Source: Azolla caroliniana (lineage: Eukaryota; Plantae; Polypodiophyta). Taken from it: a stretch of 64,000 nucleotides of DNA. Below, one piece after another: positions 48,001 to 59,120 of this stretch. The DNA is taken from contig JBHGNT010000018.1 in assembly GCA_043228905.1 (NCBI GenBank), positions 5,208,001 to 5,272,000 on the forward strand, in the 5' to 3' direction. The notes under the pieces are model-generated. The model was not told the origin of the DNA and made no database searches. It was given only the letters and a program-made list of their open reading frames with translations. The position numbers and the translations under genes were made by a program. Each line of letters opens with the position of its first letter. Positions within the stretch are counted from its first letter, which is position 1.

Positions 48001-50401
48001 TTCGAGCGACAGTACTCCTGGAACTGCCCCCGGTATTCCCCTCCGTTATCCGCTCGTATCGCTTTCAGCTTCTTGCCGGATTCCCTTTCCACTCTCGCGT
48101 GGAGTTCTTTGAAGACGCACAACGCTTGGTCCTTTGTCTTCAACGGTGCCGTCCACAGCTTCCGGCTGTGATCATCAATGAATGTTACGAAGTACTGGGC
48201 TCCGCCATGTGACTTCGTTTCTACCTGACACACATCAGTGTGCACCAACTCCAATGGTGCGCTCCGTCTCGTCGGTGGCCTTGAGTGGAAGGAGGTTCGG
48301 TTCTGCTTACCGGCCAGGCAATCGGTGCACTTCTCCAGGTGCACATGCTTCACTGGGATAAGGTTGTCTTCTGCAAGCCTCTTCATCCCCTTCTCACTCA
48401 TGTGGCACAGTCTCTTGTGCCACAGCTCACCGGCAGTGTCGGCTGCCACATTCAGTTCTTCCGGACATAACCGGGCATTCATCAGGTACAGTGTGTTGAC
48501 TTTCCGGGCCCGAGCCACTATCAGGCTCCCCTTGCTGAACTTCATTACGCCGTTCCGGATGCTACCTGTGTAGCCTTCATCGTCTAGCCTCCCGGCCGAA
48601 ATCAGGTTCAATCGAACCTCCGGAACGTGTCGGACATCCTTCAGCAGCATTTTGCATCCGGTCGGGGTTGTCAACCACACGTCTCCTATGCCGGAAATCC
48701 GGCACGTACCTTCATTTCCCATCCGAACACAGCCATGCTCACCGGCTGTGTAGGATGAGAAGTATCTTCTCTCCGGGGTCAGGTGGAACGATGCTCCGGA
48801 ATCGACCACCCAGGTCGTCTCATCGCCGGCAACGTTTAGCTCACCTTCTTCGGTGATGAGCATGATTTCTTCCTCACTTGCCGCGAGTGCCGTTGTTCCT
48901 TTCCGGTCCTGTCCTCGCCGATCCGAACCATTCCGGTCCGTGGCTCCCCGGTATGCACCGTTTCTCTCCGGTGACTTCTTCGAATCGGTGTTGTCGGTTC
49001 CATTGTCTTTTCGGTAATGCCGACAATTCTTTCGGAAGTGCCCCGGCTTCCCACAGTGGAAGCATGTGGGCCTTCCTCTTGACTGCGACCGGGTCCCCGA
49101 CTTCTCCCGTCTTTGCGGACTCCGGTTCCATTGTCTTCCCCGATCCGATTCGGTAAACAACATCTTCGGGTCGGAGGCCGGTTCCTTATCTCTCCGACGC
49201 GCTTCTTCATTCAAAATACTTGTCTTTACCGTTTGTAAGGACAAGTTATCTTCGGTGCAGGAGGTGCTGAGAGTCACCACCAAGTTCTCCCAGCTTTCCG
49301 GCAATGTACACATCAGGATGATGGCTTGCATTGCATCCTCCAACGGGAACTTGATCGCCGCAAGCTGATTCACGAATCCCATGAACGTGCTTACGTGTTC
49401 CACCATACTCTCGCCGTCCCGGTACTTGAGGTTCACTATCTTCCTCATCAGGGAGGTCCGGTTCAACGCATTCTTCCTCTCGTAGAGGCCCGACAGCTTC
49501 TTCCACATCTCATATGCGTTGGTGTCGTTCGCCACATGTTGTAGGACGCTTACATCGACATATTGTCGGATCGTCGCTACGGCTTTCCGGTTCAGGAGCT
49601 TCCACTCCGACTCAAGTACCCCCTTCGGTATTTCCGACCTGTCAATCGGTTCGTACAGGTCCCGAACAATCAGAAGATCCTCCATCTTGATCTTCCAGTC
49701 GGCGTAATTCTGCGCATTCAGCACCATCATCCCCGGCTGCCCGTTGCCGCCGCCTTCCATTTTCTGCAGCAGTTCGCTCTGATACCAGTTTGTTGGGAAT
49801 CAACGCTTCGATTCACCTTCTTCCTTTCGGCCACAACCGAGTAATCGCGGATCAATGCAGCAGAAAATAGAAACCAAAAAGAGAGAAACACACGAGTACA
49901 CAGGGATTAACGTGGAAAACCCTAGATGGGAAAAACCACGGGAGTACAAGACTCCAAACAACACTATACAAGAGAAGTATACAATGACGAGCTCCAAGGC
50001 GACGACCTTGAGCTTGCTGTCCTCGCCACAGGCGGCGGAAATACACAGAGGCGTCGTCCTCTTCCTCTCTCGCGCTCTATCTCTCACTCTGTCTCACGGC
50101 TGCTCCCTCTTCACTCCTCTTGAGTGGAAAAACAGAAAAATGATAAGCAACAACAACACTGTTTGCCCTAAGTCATATTTATACTTATATGACTTTGGGC
50201 TATTTACAACTGTAGCCTCAGGGGCCCATAGCGAACATATTCACGGATATGTCCCTGCATCCGGATCGCTCTCCGGGTACATTCGTCATCCGGTACCGAA
50301 ACCGGGGTCTTCGTCATCCGGATCCGAAACCGAAACCGGGCTTGTCGGCATTCATCTCCGATATCCGACCATCCCATGAAGAAGGGACCGTAATCCCAAC
50401 A
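45068..50401 (-). mobile_element. Element D: very young full-length Ty1/copia (Tnt1/Tork-like)
   Basis: 611-bp LTRs 45068-45678 and 49791-50401 with no difference seen; GGATT TSD; tRNA-iMet PBS (RC gctctgatacca, 49776-49787); PPT RC ctcccccttc. Confidence 0.97.
45689..49760 (-). pseudogene. Gag-Pol polyprotein of element D with one premature stop and one frameshift
   Basis: CFHCGKPGHFRKNC, WVVDSGAS, GAG-pre-integrase, IN (RADNGGEY...AERMN), RT (LLLYVDDML) and RH (RTKHIQRRYHWIR). TGA at 47601-47603 in RS*DIIF; 2-bp deletion near 46315-46320 in YAMV(CTRPDI). Confidence 0.9.
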
Positions 50402-51406
50402 GGATTGGCCCGTACCGTTGTGCTAGACCACCGAGGCAGATCTGGACCATCTCATCCTCGTCCACCGTCACGTTGATGGAACCGAGCCTGTCCTAGATCT
50501 CCTTGATCTTGGTGGTGTAGTCGGTGACCGACATGTCCCGTTGCCGGATACTGTTGAGCTCTTGCCGGAGTTGCAACTTCCGAGCCGTGGTACTTGTGGT
50601 GAAAATCTTCCAGAGATTTTCCCAGGCCTCTTTCGGCGTTTTGTATCCTTGATGTAGCCGAGCATCTGGTCATGCACACAGGGGGTGAGACAGTACAATA
50701 CTCTGCTCGCTCCTTGTTCCCATACCGGGAAGTCCTTGTGTGCCAAATCTGGCACAACTACATTTGCTCCTTCCACGTAGCTCCAATATCCGTGCCCCAA
50801 CAGGTACTAGTCGAGCTTTTCTCTTGGAAGCGAGCTCGCCATACTTCTGTCCATATCTTCCTTCTTATCGGTATGTGCTTTTATCGGGTGTTAGGGTTTG
50901 TCTTCAGAAAAAAACGCTTGTGGGCTGCAGAGGTTCTCAACCCTCGCACTCTGATACCATGTCAAAGTTAATATGCGGAAGCTTTGACAAACCGGTTTAT
51001 CTGGATAGCAACAGAAAACAGAGACAAGGTTTAATGGAAGCTTGAATCACAAAGATAGAGAGCGGGAGAGATAGAGAGAGCAGAACAATGAATACAATTC
51101 AAATAATAACACTCTGTACATTCAATGTGCTCTGTGAGCACTTTTTATACAAGTCCTTAGAAGGACTGACAGAAGTACTATCAAGTACTTCAATGCTCAT
51201 ACAAGCGACTGACATTGCCTCCCAAAAATATGCCTACGTACTAAGCTAGATTCGTAGGCCTCTAATGGCCTACCGGTTACAATCTGATTCGGCTCTTGGT
51301 TCCAGATACCATCTGGACACCATCCGGTTCTTCGTTCCAGACTCCAATCCGGCTTTGGCTTGTTCATCCAATCCAGATTTGGTTGAGCTTGTCCGCTCAA
51401 CAGCCT

Positions 51407-51470
<64 letters not shown>

Positions 51471-51499
51471 AGGACCTAGGTTCGAGTTTGAGTTGGTAT

Positions 51500-52502
51500 T
51501 CATGATAGGCGGGTGATGTCATGGCGTAAACGGGGCCATAAGAAGAAAAGCTTGACATTCTCGGGCATAGTAGGATCGGCGTGAAGAAGGAGTCGATTTA
51601 GGCAAACACCAAATTGGCCTATTAGTTCATGTGCTTGTTGTTGCAATGCCTTGAGCTGTTGCAACGCCGTCTGGGTGGAATTTTGATGGGCGATGTTTTG
51701 CACGAGGAGATCCCAGAGGATTACCCAGTTCTCGGTCACTTCGCTTGCTTGTTGTACGTACCAGGTAGCAACGACATTTTCGAGCAGGGTGTGAACTTCC
51801 AAAGCTTTGCATATTGGACCATTGGTGGTAATTGGAGATCATCTCAAAGTGGTCCAACCAACCTAATACATATTCAGAGGGCAACACGAAGGACTTTTGG
51901 CGAACCTTGGAATCTGGCCGATCTTGAGGTCGTTCGTTGTGAGCGGAGAGGAAGGAGAGCATAGCTTGATCCATGTGGCTAATTTGAAGAATGGCATTGG
52001 CGGACCTTGGAATTTGGCAGATCTTGAGGCCGTTCGTTGTTAGCGGAGAGGAAGGAGAGCATATCTTGATTTGTGTGGCTGATTTGAAGCATGGTGTTAG
52101 AGAGGACTTGCAAGAGTTGTTCCATTTGGAAGGGTGGTGGCTGCTCATGAGGATGCGAGAACTTAGGCGGCATAGGTGTTACGGGCATGACCATATAATA
52201 TCCACGTGGCTAGAATACTACGACCACGTGGATATTATATGGTCATGCCCGTAACAATAGGGGTATCGCCTTCGGAGGCGATAGGAGGGAGTTGAGAATG
52301 AGGTATTAGCGACTAAAATTTTACCCTGTTCTCCACCAATATGTGAAATGCACATAAAGAGATCAAAACCAGCCTACTTAGCTCCTTACTTCTTGCCCAA
52401 TTTATAGTCGATACAAAGGTACCCATTTAGGTTGGCTTAGCTACATGCGTGCTAAAAAGGGTATGCTAAAAGGGTGGCACACAGGATTACATGCACACCA
52501 CA
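51500..52502 (-). mobile_element. Truncated Ty3/gypsy-like element (same LTR family as 30198-31481): LTR, PBS and gag remnant
   Basis: LTR ~52342-52502; PBS RC ttctccacca; gag begins MPPK at 52173 and includes VLGWLDHFE...QWS; truncated on the left close to the (TA)n tract. Confidence 0.7.
52177..52256. mobile_element. 80-bp palindromic mini-element made of two inverted LTR 5' termini, with a 5-bp TSD
   Basis: Perfect 33-bp arms (52177-52209 and 52224-52256), 14-nt spacer, TG...CA ends, ATAGG on both sides (52172-52176, 52257-52261); the first 27 nt are identical to the start of the LTR at 53141. Confidence 0.85.
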
Positions 52503-52566
52503 ATACCAATGTTAAGAGCCTATAACTAAACAATAGACAAATTAAAGTAAAAGAAAGGTAAATAGA

Positions 52567-53128
52567 TGTTAGGATCGTGACTGACCACAACCAGTTGCTT
52601 GTATGTATATTCGGGTGCAGAAATCGAGAAACGACAATGCACAAACAGAAAGACACAAGTACAGAGGCATAGAATATTTTAACGTGGAAAACCCGAAAGG
52701 GACAAACCACGGGGGTCCACAAACCCCAAGAAACGAATCACTATATGTAGAGGGAGGAATACAAGGAGACTCGGAGGCAAGAACCTCAAGCTCGTCTTCG
52801 TCTAACAGATGGTGCCTGAGTTACTCACACACTAACTCACACACACACACACTCTCTCTCTCTCTATATATATCACTCTTAGTTACTGAGGCAACTACCC
52901 ACAGTGTAACTATACAACAATAATGATTCAACCACTCATAAAGTTCGCTCTAGTTGTATTTATTACTTATACAACTTTCTGGCTATTTACAAATATAGCC
53001 TCCCGAATCGGTTATATAATCAATTCTTGATTTCGATTTTGGTTTCGGCCTTGGCCAAATTACCCATTTACTTCATCCGATTTGGTTTGTTCAATTCTTC
53101 CCATCTGGAGGGACCTATTTTCCCAACA
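52567..53128 (-). mobile_element. Copia solo LTR related to the element D LTR
   Basis: TGTT...AACA ends; ATAGA TSD (52562-52566, 53129-53133); shares ttaacgtggaaaaccc, ggctatttacaa and gggacc..tcccaaca with the D LTR. Confidence 0.85.
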
Positions 53129-53140
53129 ATAGATTGGATA

Positions 53141-53650
53141 TGTTACGGGCATGACCATATAATATCCCGTGGTGAGAATTTACCGTAGTATTCTATACAC
53201 GTGGATAAGTGTGAAGGTTAAACGAGAGTGTAAAGAAGGGGAGGATTGCTTTTAATCCTCGGGATTGAGACAACCCATTAGGCCAAGTGTGAACTTGCAT
53301 GGGGGCCTTGGGTATCGCTATAAATAAGAGGCCTGGCTCCCCTCATTTCATCATCTTTTGACAACGTCGAGACTCTGTTATGTGTGGTTCAACTCTTCTA
53401 GCGAGCACACCAGCACTAGGTACGACCCGACGCCACGACGGTGGTATGGGACGCCGATCGAGGCTTGAGTCCGTCTCGATCCCTTCGCTCGGGGGTGGTC
53501 GGGTGGATCGGCACCCTTCTTTCTCTCTCTCCTTTCTATCTATTCGTCCATTGTCCATTGTCCACCCAACCACCCTTGAGCTATGACCAAGACATAGCCA
53601 ACCTACCACCGACACCCATACCGATTACTTATACCTTGGAAGAGATAACA
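53141..53650 (+). mobile_element. Probable solo LTR (TGTTA...TAACA)
   Basis: Terminal 5-bp inverted repeat, TATA box (tataaata, ~53319) and CT-rich tract; flanks GGATA/TGATC match only 3 of 5. Confidence 0.6.
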
Positions 53651-54695
53651 TGATCGTGGTGACCAAAACCTAGCCCGCACCATTGATGTCTAAAGACTAC
53701 AACCTTCTAACGTAATGTGTCTTATGAGGGTGGTTAGGCCTAATATTTATACCTCTGCCCACGCCCTTTGAATAGACGTGCCTTTCTAAAAGACTTTCCA
53801 TTAATTGGTTGTCAAGAACATGATAGTGCATGCACCAATCATTCCTTCTATCCATTCACATTTATCCCTTTGTAACATTAGTGAACATACCCTTTACTTA
53901 TGTAGATATTACTGACCTACCCTTACCTATGTTATGTGTGCATAACAGTTGCCTAACCCTTCTTGTGAAACCACTGACATGTAGCATTCTCCATTGCGGA
54001 GAACCCGCGGAGAAGAAGACCGAACCTCCGAATTAGACATAAGTAGGTAAATAGTTTGAAAGTTGAAGCTGCCGAACAAAAATATCAATAAGAAACCCTA
54101 AAAGGAGAAGAACTAAGAATATTACTCGCCAAAAATAATATTAAAACCTCAAGTAGGTTGAGGAGAAGAAGAAGAAGAAAGAAACCCTAATGATATGCTC
54201 CAAAACTCCAAGTGGGCGATCCCAAATGGTCTGCCCCAAACCAAGAATGGGCGATCCCAAATTGTTTGACCCAAATTAAGCCCTCTTCTCGTCCTTTTAT
54301 AAAGAAAAAGAGGCGCCTAATATTGACATTAAATACATTTATTCCCTTTCTTTCTGTGGATTAATTAGTCGGACGATCGAACTATGTGCTCTTTTCAGCG
54401 TAGTGATAAGATCTAACTACGAGGCTATTCACATTGATTTATTATATTGATCTTTCTCATATTTACATATCTTTTTGTGACTATGTGTGGACCTCCTTCC
54501 TTCGCTTTTCTCCCCTTTTCTACCTTTGGCCACGTGGACGCGACATCGCGAGAATGCAGGATTCGGAAATGAGAAAGAGCGCGGGGAATCGGGAAGTCGG
54601 GAAGCTACGTAGGTCCGAGAAACCCAGAAGAATAAGAATGGAGCAAGCACACTGCATATAAAACCATAGACAGTGTAGTGTGAAACCAACCACAC

Positions 54696-56354
54696 ATGGT
54701 CTTGGAGAACAGGGGAAAAGGAAGGAAGATGCTGATGAACATGGATCACAGAGGTGTAGATGTCTGCAATGTTCATCATCTCCTTGCACAGGATCGCCCT
54801 GCCCTCCTCGACCTCATCAAATCATGTGGCGAACAGAAGGATCTATGCAAAGCAAGAAGCTTGCACTCTGAAATCCTCCTCAGAAAGCTGTTTCCTAAAG
54901 AAATCTCCATCAAGAATGCATTGCTTACTATGTATGTGAATTGCTCAGCTCTAAGAGAAGCACGGGAAGTGTTCGATGCGACTCATGTAAGAAATGTCGT
55001 AACTTGGAGTGCTCTCATCTCAGGATTAGCTCGCCATGGCCATGTCGAAGAAGCACTGAATAGCTTCAGAAAGATGCAAGAGGAAGGAATATCTCCTAAT
55101 GAAGTAACCTTTGTTTCTGTTTTAAAATCTTGTAGTAGTATATCATGCCTCAAATTGGGAGAAGAGATCCATGTTCATATCATAAAACACGGATTGATAC
55201 AAGAAAATGTTTTCCTTGGTAATGCTTTGATTGACATGTATGCAAAATGTGGTATGATAAGGAAAGCTCGAGAGGTATTTGAAGAGCTTCCAGTGAGAAA
55301 TGTTGTGACTTGGAATGTTCTTATCACATATTACTCACATCAAGATCTTGCTAGTGAAGTCTTAATTTGCTTTGATCGAATGAGAGACGAGGGCATATTA
55401 CCAGATGTCGTCACGTTTATATGCATATTAAAAGCATGTGGCACTTTAGGGTTTCTTGAGATTGGAGAAGAAATACATGCAAAAGTGGACATGTATGGGT
55501 TTCTAGAGAAGAATGTTGTGCTTGGTACAGCCATTGTTGATATGTATGCTAGGTGTGGGATGCTCGAAAAGGCAAGACAAGTGCTCTCTGAGATTCCAAC
55601 ACGCAATACAATAGCATGGAGTGCATTGATTTCTGGATATGCTCTTCATGGACTCGGTGAAGAAGCTCTGGCATGTTTTGAACAAATGCAAAATGAGTGC
55701 TTTGTCCCTGATTCAATAACCTTTATTTCTATTTTGAAAGCTTGTGGCATCACAGGGTATCTTCACATGGGAGAGGAGGCCCATGCCCAGGCTGAGACTC
55801 TAGGGTTGTTAGTGGAAAAGGATATCGTCCTCGGTACTGCATTGGTTGATATGTATGCAAAGTGCGGGGCACTAGGAAAAGCACAAGAAGTGTTCAACAA
55901 ACTTTTGACTCGGAATGTTGTGTCATGGAATGCACTTATGGCTGGATATACACAAGTTGGCGGAGCTGAAGTGGTTGTGGGTTTATTCAACCAGATGATG
56001 GCCGAAGGTATCTATCCAAATGCAATTACATACCTTGCACTTCTGAACCTATGTAATCGTGCAGGTCTAGTGAAGGAGGGAAAGAAGCTATTTTCTAATA
56101 TAGACAAGCCAACACTAGATCACTATACTTGCATGGTTGATTTATATTGCCATGCTGGGTGTTTTGACGAAGCCATATGTGTGATTGAAAAGGTGTCATC
56201 ATTTTATCGTCTTCCATTATGGTTGGTGTTTTTAACAGCATGTCATAAATGCATGAACTTGGAGCTTGGGAGATTGGCCTTTGAGCAAACATTAGAGCTG
56301 GATGATAGATGTGCATCAGCATATGTGTGCATGGCAAATATATATGTCTCATGA
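54696..56354 (+). CDS. PLS-class pentatricopeptide repeat protein with a truncated E extension
   Basis: Repeated P-L-S motifs (NALIDMYAKCG...AREVFEEL..RNVVTWN, PDVVTFICILKACG), HYTCMVDLY, and an E-like end YVCMANIYVS*; the true start may lie upstream. Confidence 0.9.
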   Translation: MVLENRGKGRKMLMNMDHRGVDVCNVHHLLAQDRPALLDLIKSCGEQKDLCKARSLHSEILLRKLFPKEISIKNALLTMYVNCSALREAREVFDATHVRNVVTWSALISGLARHGHVEEALNSFRKMQEEGISPNEVTFVSVLKSCSSISCLKLGEEIHVHIIKHGLIQENVFLGNALIDMYAKCGMIRKAREVFEELPVRNVVTWNVLITYYSHQDLASEVLICFDRMRDEGILPDVVTFICILKACGTLGFLEIGEEIHAKVDMYGFLEKNVVLGTAIVDMYARCGMLEKARQVLSEIPTRNTIAWSALISGYALHGLGEEALACFEQMQNECFVPDSITFISILKACGITGYLHMGEEAHAQAETLGLLVEKDIVLGTALVDMYAKCGALGKAQEVFNKLLTRNVVSWNALMAGYTQVGGAEVVVGLFNQMMAEGIYPNAITYLALLNLCNRAGLVKEGKKLFSNIDKPTLDHYTCMVDLYCHAGCFDEAICVIEKVSSFYRLPLWLVFLTACHKCMNLELGRLAFEQTLELDDRCASAYVCMANIYVS

Positions 56355-57260
56355 TATGTAAAGGGGAATATATGAGACGTGTGCACTGCTACAAGATCCA
56401 CTGTTAGGGTACAAGTGGGTCGAGATTCCTAGATGTAACCAGTTTAACATAGAAGGGAGCTCATGTGAACAACCAAACCGCAGTGCAGTATAATTGTAAG
56501 CGATTGTTTACATAATCTACCAGAGGTGGGATCACAACAGAGTATACCAAAATCATACAACATGAATATGAGTATGGAAGCTCAATGGGAGACCAATTAT
56601 GGCCAGAGGAACATGAAGCAAACTCTTCATCGGTGGTACAACAAGTTAGAGAACCATTTGAAAAAGAGATCATAAAATTGGAATACTTTAATGCCAATTA
56701 CAATCCAATCAATCACGTGACACCAAAAAACAATCATGGAACACAAAGTGATTATGCATGTCAAGCCAAGGATTAACCTTTTTTTACACCCTTACAACTT
56801 GTGTATCTAAAGAATGGCTATCTTATCACCAAATAGTTTAAACCACGAACTAACAACATTGGTATCAAACCAATTTGCAACATATTTGGAGCATGTTTTG
56901 CAAAACCAGCTATGGCCGAGGATTCCTCACTTTGGCATCTTTTGATCTATTTCATCCTTAATCTTCCCTTAGAAATTGTTCTATCCATTATAATTGTCAA
57001 GCCAGTTTGTCAAAACGTAGAAATCAATCAAGTGTCGAGCAATGCCACAACTTATAGATTAGAATTCATCATACCAATAACATAAGGCATTTTGATTAAG
57101 TTGTTTGTATATATCCAACATGGAAAGATTAAGCTTCACCTGATAATTTTGTTTTTTCAATCAATTCTCTCCCTTCACTGATTTTTGCTTGATTACTTTC
57201 AAGTTGACATGTATAGGGTCTACAATAAAGAATCTCAATTTGTACATTCAAATCAATCCT

Positions 57261-59120
57261 TTAGGAATGATATTTTTCCTTCTTCCCTGAAATGCTCACC
57301 CTACAAGCTTCAATTTCATCTGCTTCCTTGTGCATTCCAGCAGCCGCATATATGTTTCCCATGTATACATATGCAGCATCACAATCCTCATCTAAGGATA
57401 CTGATCGGATGAAGGCCCATCTCCCAAGCTCAACATTTACCCATTTGCAACAAGCACCCAAAAGAGATAACCACAGTCGAAGTTGATTTGAAGTTGGCAC
57501 CTTCTCGATGAGATCTATAGCTTTATCAAAGTGTCCAGCACGGCTAAATAGATCGACCATGCAATTATAGTGCTCTATACTTGGATCCAGACAATACCAT
57601 TGCTCAATTGCATCAAAGATAATTTGTCCCTCGTCCACCAAACCAGCATGATTGCATGCACTAAGTACTACAAGTATAGTAACCAAATCTGGCGTAATAC
57701 CCCTTGAAATTAATTGAGTGAATAACTCTAAGACTTGTCCTGCCTTTCCTGACTGAGCATATGCAGTCATCAGTGCGGTCCAAGATGCAACGTTTTGCAC
57801 TGGAAGCATATCAAAAGCTTTGTGTGCTTCTCCAAGCACACCACATTTGGCATACATGTCCACCAATGCAGTCCCAAGTGCAACTTCTTTTCCCAATAAA
57901 CCTTGTTTCTTTATCTCCTCGTGTATCTCTTCTCCCATTTCAAGGCACCCTACGCTACCGCAGGCTTTCAGGATGCCAATATATGTAACTGCATCCGGAA
58001 TAATGCCCTCTTCTCGCATCCTTATGAAGCAATTTAGAGCTTCATCAGCAAGCCCATGCTGCGAATAACCTGAAATAAGCACACTCCATGATGTAACATC
58101 ATGACCTTGAATCAGATCGAATACTTCGCGCGCTTTTTCAAGTCTATTGCATTTGACATACATGTCTACTAATGCAGTGCAAAGAACAATGTTTTTTCTA
58201 AGAAATCCTCTCTTGCGGACCTCTGTGTGTATCTCCTCTCCTACATTGACCAATCCTATGCTACTACACGCTTTCAAAATGCAGACATAGGTGACTGCAT
58301 CAGGCAATAGCCCATCACATTGCATCTTTTGGAAGCACTTTAGAGCTTCATTAGCAAAACCTTGTTGCGTATACCCAGCAATTAGTGCATTCCAAGCCAC
58401 AACATCACGTAAAGAGAGCTCATCAAAAACTTCTTGTGCTTTATCTAGCATGTTACACTTAGCATACATGTCTACCAATGTAGTGCCAAGGATGATATTT
58501 TTCTTTAGTAATCCTTGCTTTGCCACCGAAGTGTGTATCTCTTTTCCTATTTCAATTGATCCAACATTTCCACAAGCCTTCAAAACACAAACAAAGGTAA
58601 CTTCACTTGGCGATATGCCATCATCACACATCTGTTTGAAGCAATTCAAAGCTTCATAGCTATGTCCATTCTTAACATAACCAGTGATGAGCGCATTCCA
58701 AGATACAACATTTCGTATCAGAACCTGATCAAAAGCTTTTTTTGCTTCAATAAGATCACCACACTTAACATAGAGACTAACTAAAGCATTGTTGATGCAA
58801 GTATCCTTTGAAAATACATTTTCTCGGACAATTTCAGCATGCAATCTTCGAGCTTCATTGAGGTCTTTTCTTTTACCACATGCTTTTATAACATCCAACA
58901 AAGCATTTCGATTGTGAAGATCATTCCAAGGAAGATTTTTAGATAATATTTCCTCGATATTTTCTTTTGCACATGAAACAATGGATGCTTTATCTGATAA
59001 CTTCAAATGAGCCCAACAGGAATTTATTACACTCCTCATTATAAAAGATGGTGTGATTCGCTTTTTGGAGTTGAAAACCCTTTTCTGTGGTTGAATCAGA
59101 GACGCATAGCTCGACTCCAT
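57261..59120 (-). CDS. PLS-class PPR-E protein (organellar RNA-editing factor family), no DYW domain
   Basis: 619-aa intronless ORF with a transit-peptide-like N-terminus, tandem PLS triplets, HYNCMVDLFSRAG, WLSLLGAC and YVYMGNIYAAAG. Confidence 0.93.
   Translation of the reverse strand: MESSYASLIQPQKRVFNSKKRITPSFIMRSVINSCWAHLKLSDKASIVSCAKENIEEILSKNLPWNDLHNRNALLDVIKACGKRKDLNEARRLHAEIVRENVFSKDTCINNALVSLYVKCGDLIEAKKAFDQVLIRNVVSWNALITGYVKNGHSYEALNCFKQMCDDGISPSEVTFVCVLKACGNVGSIEIGKEIHTSVAKQGLLKKNIILGTTLVDMYAKCNMLDKAQEVFDELSLRDVVAWNALIAGYTQQGFANEALKCFQKMQCDGLLPDAVTYVCILKACSSIGLVNVGEEIHTEVRKRGFLRKNIVLCTALVDMYVKCNRLEKAREVFDLIQGHDVTSWSVLISGYSQHGLADEALNCFIRMREEGIIPDAVTYIGILKACGSVGCLEMGEEIHEEIKKQGLLGKEVALGTALVDMYAKCGVLGEAHKAFDMLPVQNVASWTALMTAYAQSGKAGQVLELFTQLISRGITPDLVTILVVLSACNHAGLVDEGQIIFDAIEQWYCLDPSIEHYNCMVDLFSRAGHFDKAIDLIEKVPTSNQLRLWLSLLGACCKWVNVELGRWAFIRSVSLDEDCDAAYVYMGNIYAAAGMHKEADEIEACRVSISGKKEKYHS

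Larger units (their letters stand above)
33645..51402 (-). mobile_element. Element C: old 3'-truncated Ty1/copia, host of elements A and D
   Basis: 5' LTR 50960-51402 (TG..CA), tRNA-iMet PBS (RC ctctgatacca, 50949-50959). gag is in three pieces, 50402-50810, 44969-45067 and 33645-34169 (CWYCGKKGHRESEC knuckle, WYVDS protease remnant), which join once A and D are removed. Confidence 0.85.
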
